Source: Saccostrea cucullata (Eukaryota). Taken from it: a DNA stretch of 64,000 nucleotides. The stretch is taken from the NCBI RefSeq assembly GCF_032062105.1, contig NW_026936290.1, positions 248,001 through 312,000 on the forward strand, written 5' to 3'. A program made the position numbers and the translations under genes. This document shows, one piece after another, positions 60,873 through 64,000 of this stretch (its first letter is position 1; every line of letters begins with the position of its first letter). Under the pieces are notes generated by a model, which saw only the letters and a program-made list of their open reading frames with translations, searched no databases and was not told the DNA's origin.

Positions 60873-61767
60873 TTGAAGAATTATCAAGGCCAATGGATAA
60901 ATATTGACAAGTTTAAAGTCGATTTTACTTTTAGCTACATAGTGGAGTCTTTGCCGCATATCGTGAGAAATACAAAATCTCAGTCAACGAACAAGATCTA
61001 CGACATATATTTCTCTAAATTCAGAGACTGGTGTTCGAAGCATTCATCTACGCATCTTCCTGCATCAGTGTCTACTGTCGCTATTTTTGTGGGAGGTTTG
61101 GTGCAACAGAGGGTATCAACCGACAACGTCGGTTCTGGAAGCGTATTTCTTCAGTATAAGTCGGACTCATGAATTTTCTTCAAAGCTTGAATCCATGCGA
61201 GGAAAAGTTCCTTTGTGATGTGTTTATTGTGTTTTTCTGGTATAAAATATTCGATTATGTGATATCAATTGGGAAAGTGCTCACATCGAAATTGATATTA
61301 CCAGAAGCAAAACGGATATCTACAGGAGAGGAAATTCGGTGATATACGCAAAAACTGGAAACGATTTGTGCCCTGTGTTTTGGTTAAACATCGATATGTC
61401 TGAGATGGATAAGTCTTCCAATGATTACATGTTTACAGATGTAAATTTTGTAAAATCCCTCAATAAATGCAAAGTTTCAAGTAAACTCAAACCTCTGCCA
61501 TATACAAGAGCTAGGAAAATATTGTTGTCTTCTTTAAAGAAATTGGTCTTGACAGTTTTAAATATGCTTTACACAGTTTACGTAGCGGCGGAGTTACAGC
61601 CGCTGCTAATGATAATGTGTCGATTGCTTAAAATACATGGTCGGTGGGTCACGGATAAAGCCAAAGACGGTTATATAAAAGCCAATCTTGAACATAAAAT
61701 TCTGGTTTCAATGAATCTCGGATTAAAAAATTATTTTAATTTATTGCACTTACTGTCCTTTGTTTAA
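60873..61767 (+). pseudogene. Frameshifted tyrosine recombinase ORF of the DIRS/Ngaro element
   Basis: N-terminal Y...FSKFRDWC, SRSKTDIYRRG, LCPV, HSLRSGG and HGRW fall in different frames. Confidence 0.85.
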
Positions 61768-64000
61768 TGCGATTTGTAACGAACGCAACAATCCTACAGT
61801 ATATTCTTTTTTCTTTGTTTTTCAATAAATTAGTCAAGAAAATATTTATTTGCGGAGGAGTGAAACGAGGGAGAAAATAAATTTATTTCTTTACGTTTTA
61901 ACTTCGGTATTCTCCGTGAAACTTCGTATCTTAAGAAACTGGTTTTTCATGCACGAGCGATTTAGCGCTCACTATAAATACTTTTACCATTAATGTTCGA
62001 TTAATGCGACGTTCGTTACAAAGAATCGCAGGTTGTTTTGTGTCTTTGGTTTGAACTTGCATTGTTTATCGTGTAAAATTTATTACATGTAGTTTGATTT
62101 GTATGTTTTGAATAAAAATGCGATTGGTAACGAACGCAACAATCCTACAGTATATTCTTTTTTCTTTGTTTTTCAATAAATTAGTCAAGAAAATATTTAT
62201 TTGCGGAGGAGTGAAACGAGGGAGAAAATAAATTTATTTCTTTACGTTTTAACTTCGGTATTCTCCGTGAAACTTCGTATCTTAAGAAACTGGTTTTTCA
62301 TGCACGAGCGATTTAGCGCTCACTATAAATACTTTTACCAGGGAATGTTCGATTAATGCGACGTTCGTTACAAAGAATCGCAGGTTGTTTTGTGTCTTTG
62401 GTTTTCCCTGCCCTCCCAGCCCTTGCATTGTTTATCGTGTAAAATTTATTACATGTAGTTTGATTTGTATGTTTTGAATAAAAATGCGATTGGTAACGAA
62501 CGCAACAATCCTACAGTATATTCTTTTTTCTTTGTTTTTCAATAAATTAGTCAAGAAAATATTTATTTGCGGAGGAGTGAAACGAGGGAGAAAATAATTT
62601 GCCCTACACTTGAGTCACCAGAAGAAATTTCACGTGCGCAATTTCCTAAATCGAGTGAAATGTCTTGGTTCAAATGGTTATCATTGTGAAGTTGTTTCCC
62701 TTTGAGAAGACAAAGACACCGGTATTATAAATTGTACAATGGAGATATTTGGACAGTGTTCAAACTGACCATGAAATAAAGAGAACAAGAATTGTCATTT
62801 CTATAGATAGCATATACTGCTTATGAAAAAAGACAAGCAATTATAACCTGCTATTCAAAACTGTCGTTTTATATCTATGATATGGTAATGCTTAAAAACA
62901 AGCTGAAATATATCTGAGAATGACATAAAATTTTGGAAGTTATACAACTGCGATTACTCTGGTTTCTCTTCAATCCACGATTAAATCTTTCGCCTTTTAC
63001 TAAAGATTTCCGTGGAGAGGAACACAAATGAGTCTATAGACTTATTTTTAAAACCCTACACCAGTAGGGTCATATCATTCAATAATAAATGGTAGATTGA
63101 CCTCCAAAGCAAAATAAGAAAAGGATAGGTTAAGGTCAGATTGATAGAGGTTAAAATTGCTGGAGTCAAAGAAAGACAGTCACCATGAAGATCAAGTCGT
63201 CTCTCAGAAGACCATCTGTATTTGTTGTGACAATTGAACGTTGCATGAGCAATTGCTAAGAACCGTATGCATGAGAAGAAAGGTTACTGATTTTACTATC
63301 GTCAACCATATTTCATTGACCACGCAAGTAGTGCCAGTTTAAAGAGAAGAGTTTTACCTTTAAAAAATCCTTGTACCTGTTTGGAATGCCTTATTTTTTC
63401 TAGCATAGATGGAATTGAAAGGATTTGGACAAAAATCAGATATGTTGTTTAAAAAAAATACATAGAAATTTTAGCTTTTAATGTGCAGTGCGCACGCAGA
63501 AGAAAATTGGTAATTTGGGAAAAAGGTGCTTTTCTTATTTACTTAAACAGATTCACTTATACATCTTGTTTAATACTTGGATGGGCTGCACAATAACTTT
63601 GTCCTACACTTGAATCACCAGAAGAAAGAAAGTGGGCGCTTAAGATGGCAATTCGGCAGGAAAAGTGGCTCATAAAAAGAATAAAAAAATATCATTGATT
63701 TATACATTTTTTTCAAAACATAGCCAATGAACGTGTTGTAGGTGAATGTAAAATGGGCAAATATTCAGTTAAATATGTTTGATTTTATTTGAATATGCAC
63801 CTGAATATAGCCGTAGGAGTCAAATGATGCAAAAATCGACTCTTTTATAACCGTTTTTCATTAATTTCGTTGTTTCTGGGTTTTCTCTCCATGAATTTTA
63901 ATTGTGTTATCGGTGTATTTTTAACCGTAAAATTTGTTCCAGTTGTTTAAAAAATGGAGAGACGATCCAGAAATAACAAAATCTAAACTTTTTCCATTTA

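Larger units (their letters stand above)
57700..62597 (+). mobile_element. Decayed tyrosine-recombinase retrotransposon (Ngaro/PAT-type DIRS) with split direct repeats
   Basis: RT remnants LPFGL (~58598) and MYLDDGW (~58690); RNase H STDASD (~59149) and SSTFREL; MT-like DAFSFDW/LIVPKW; YR LHSLRSGG (~61568) and HGRW..KDGY. Repeats A (57700, 61881, 62232) and B (~61766, 62118, 62483). No TSD. Confidence 0.9.
54868..63625 (+). repeat. ~1-kb tandem repeat array (3 full units plus 1 partial), with unit 3 interrupted by a retroelement
   Basis: tgctattcaaaa recurs at 54873, 55951, 56950 and ~62849. The first two periods are 1078 and 999 bp. Confidence 0.92.

Noticed and set aside
63630-64000. Start of another element truncating the satellite
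   Set aside because: The other end lies outside the window, so the structure cannot be confirmed.

Overview
AT-rich animal genomic DNA with spliceosomal introns, most likely an oyster (Ostreidae). That call is an inference from Helentron-type interspersed elements carrying a 166-bp internal tandem repeat. I reconstructed seven multi-exon genes by hand: SHPRH (-, runs off the left edge), akirin (+), a compact TRIM-type RING gene with a His/Pro-rich tail (+), eIF1A (+), ZC4H2 (-), endo-alpha-mannosidase MANEA (-) and SCAF4/8 (+). SHPRH/akirin and MANEA/SCAF8 are head-to-head. The introns are full of MITEs, HINEs and SINEs. The right end is a ~1-kb tandem repeat array interrupted by a decayed tyrosine-recombinase (Ngaro/PAT-type DIRS) retrotransposon with split direct repeats. 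The most notable observations are: (1) miniature LTR elements with a tRNA-derived Pol III cassette inside each LTR; (2) tandem repeats seeded at exon-intron junctions in five genes, giving arrays of decoy splice sites; (3) the RING + His/Pro-tail protein; (4) scrambled CID exons 3-4 in SCAF8, possibly an assembly artefact; (5) abundant TACATGTA, matching Tc1/mariner excision footprints. Splice coordinates were read manually and may be off by a few bases.
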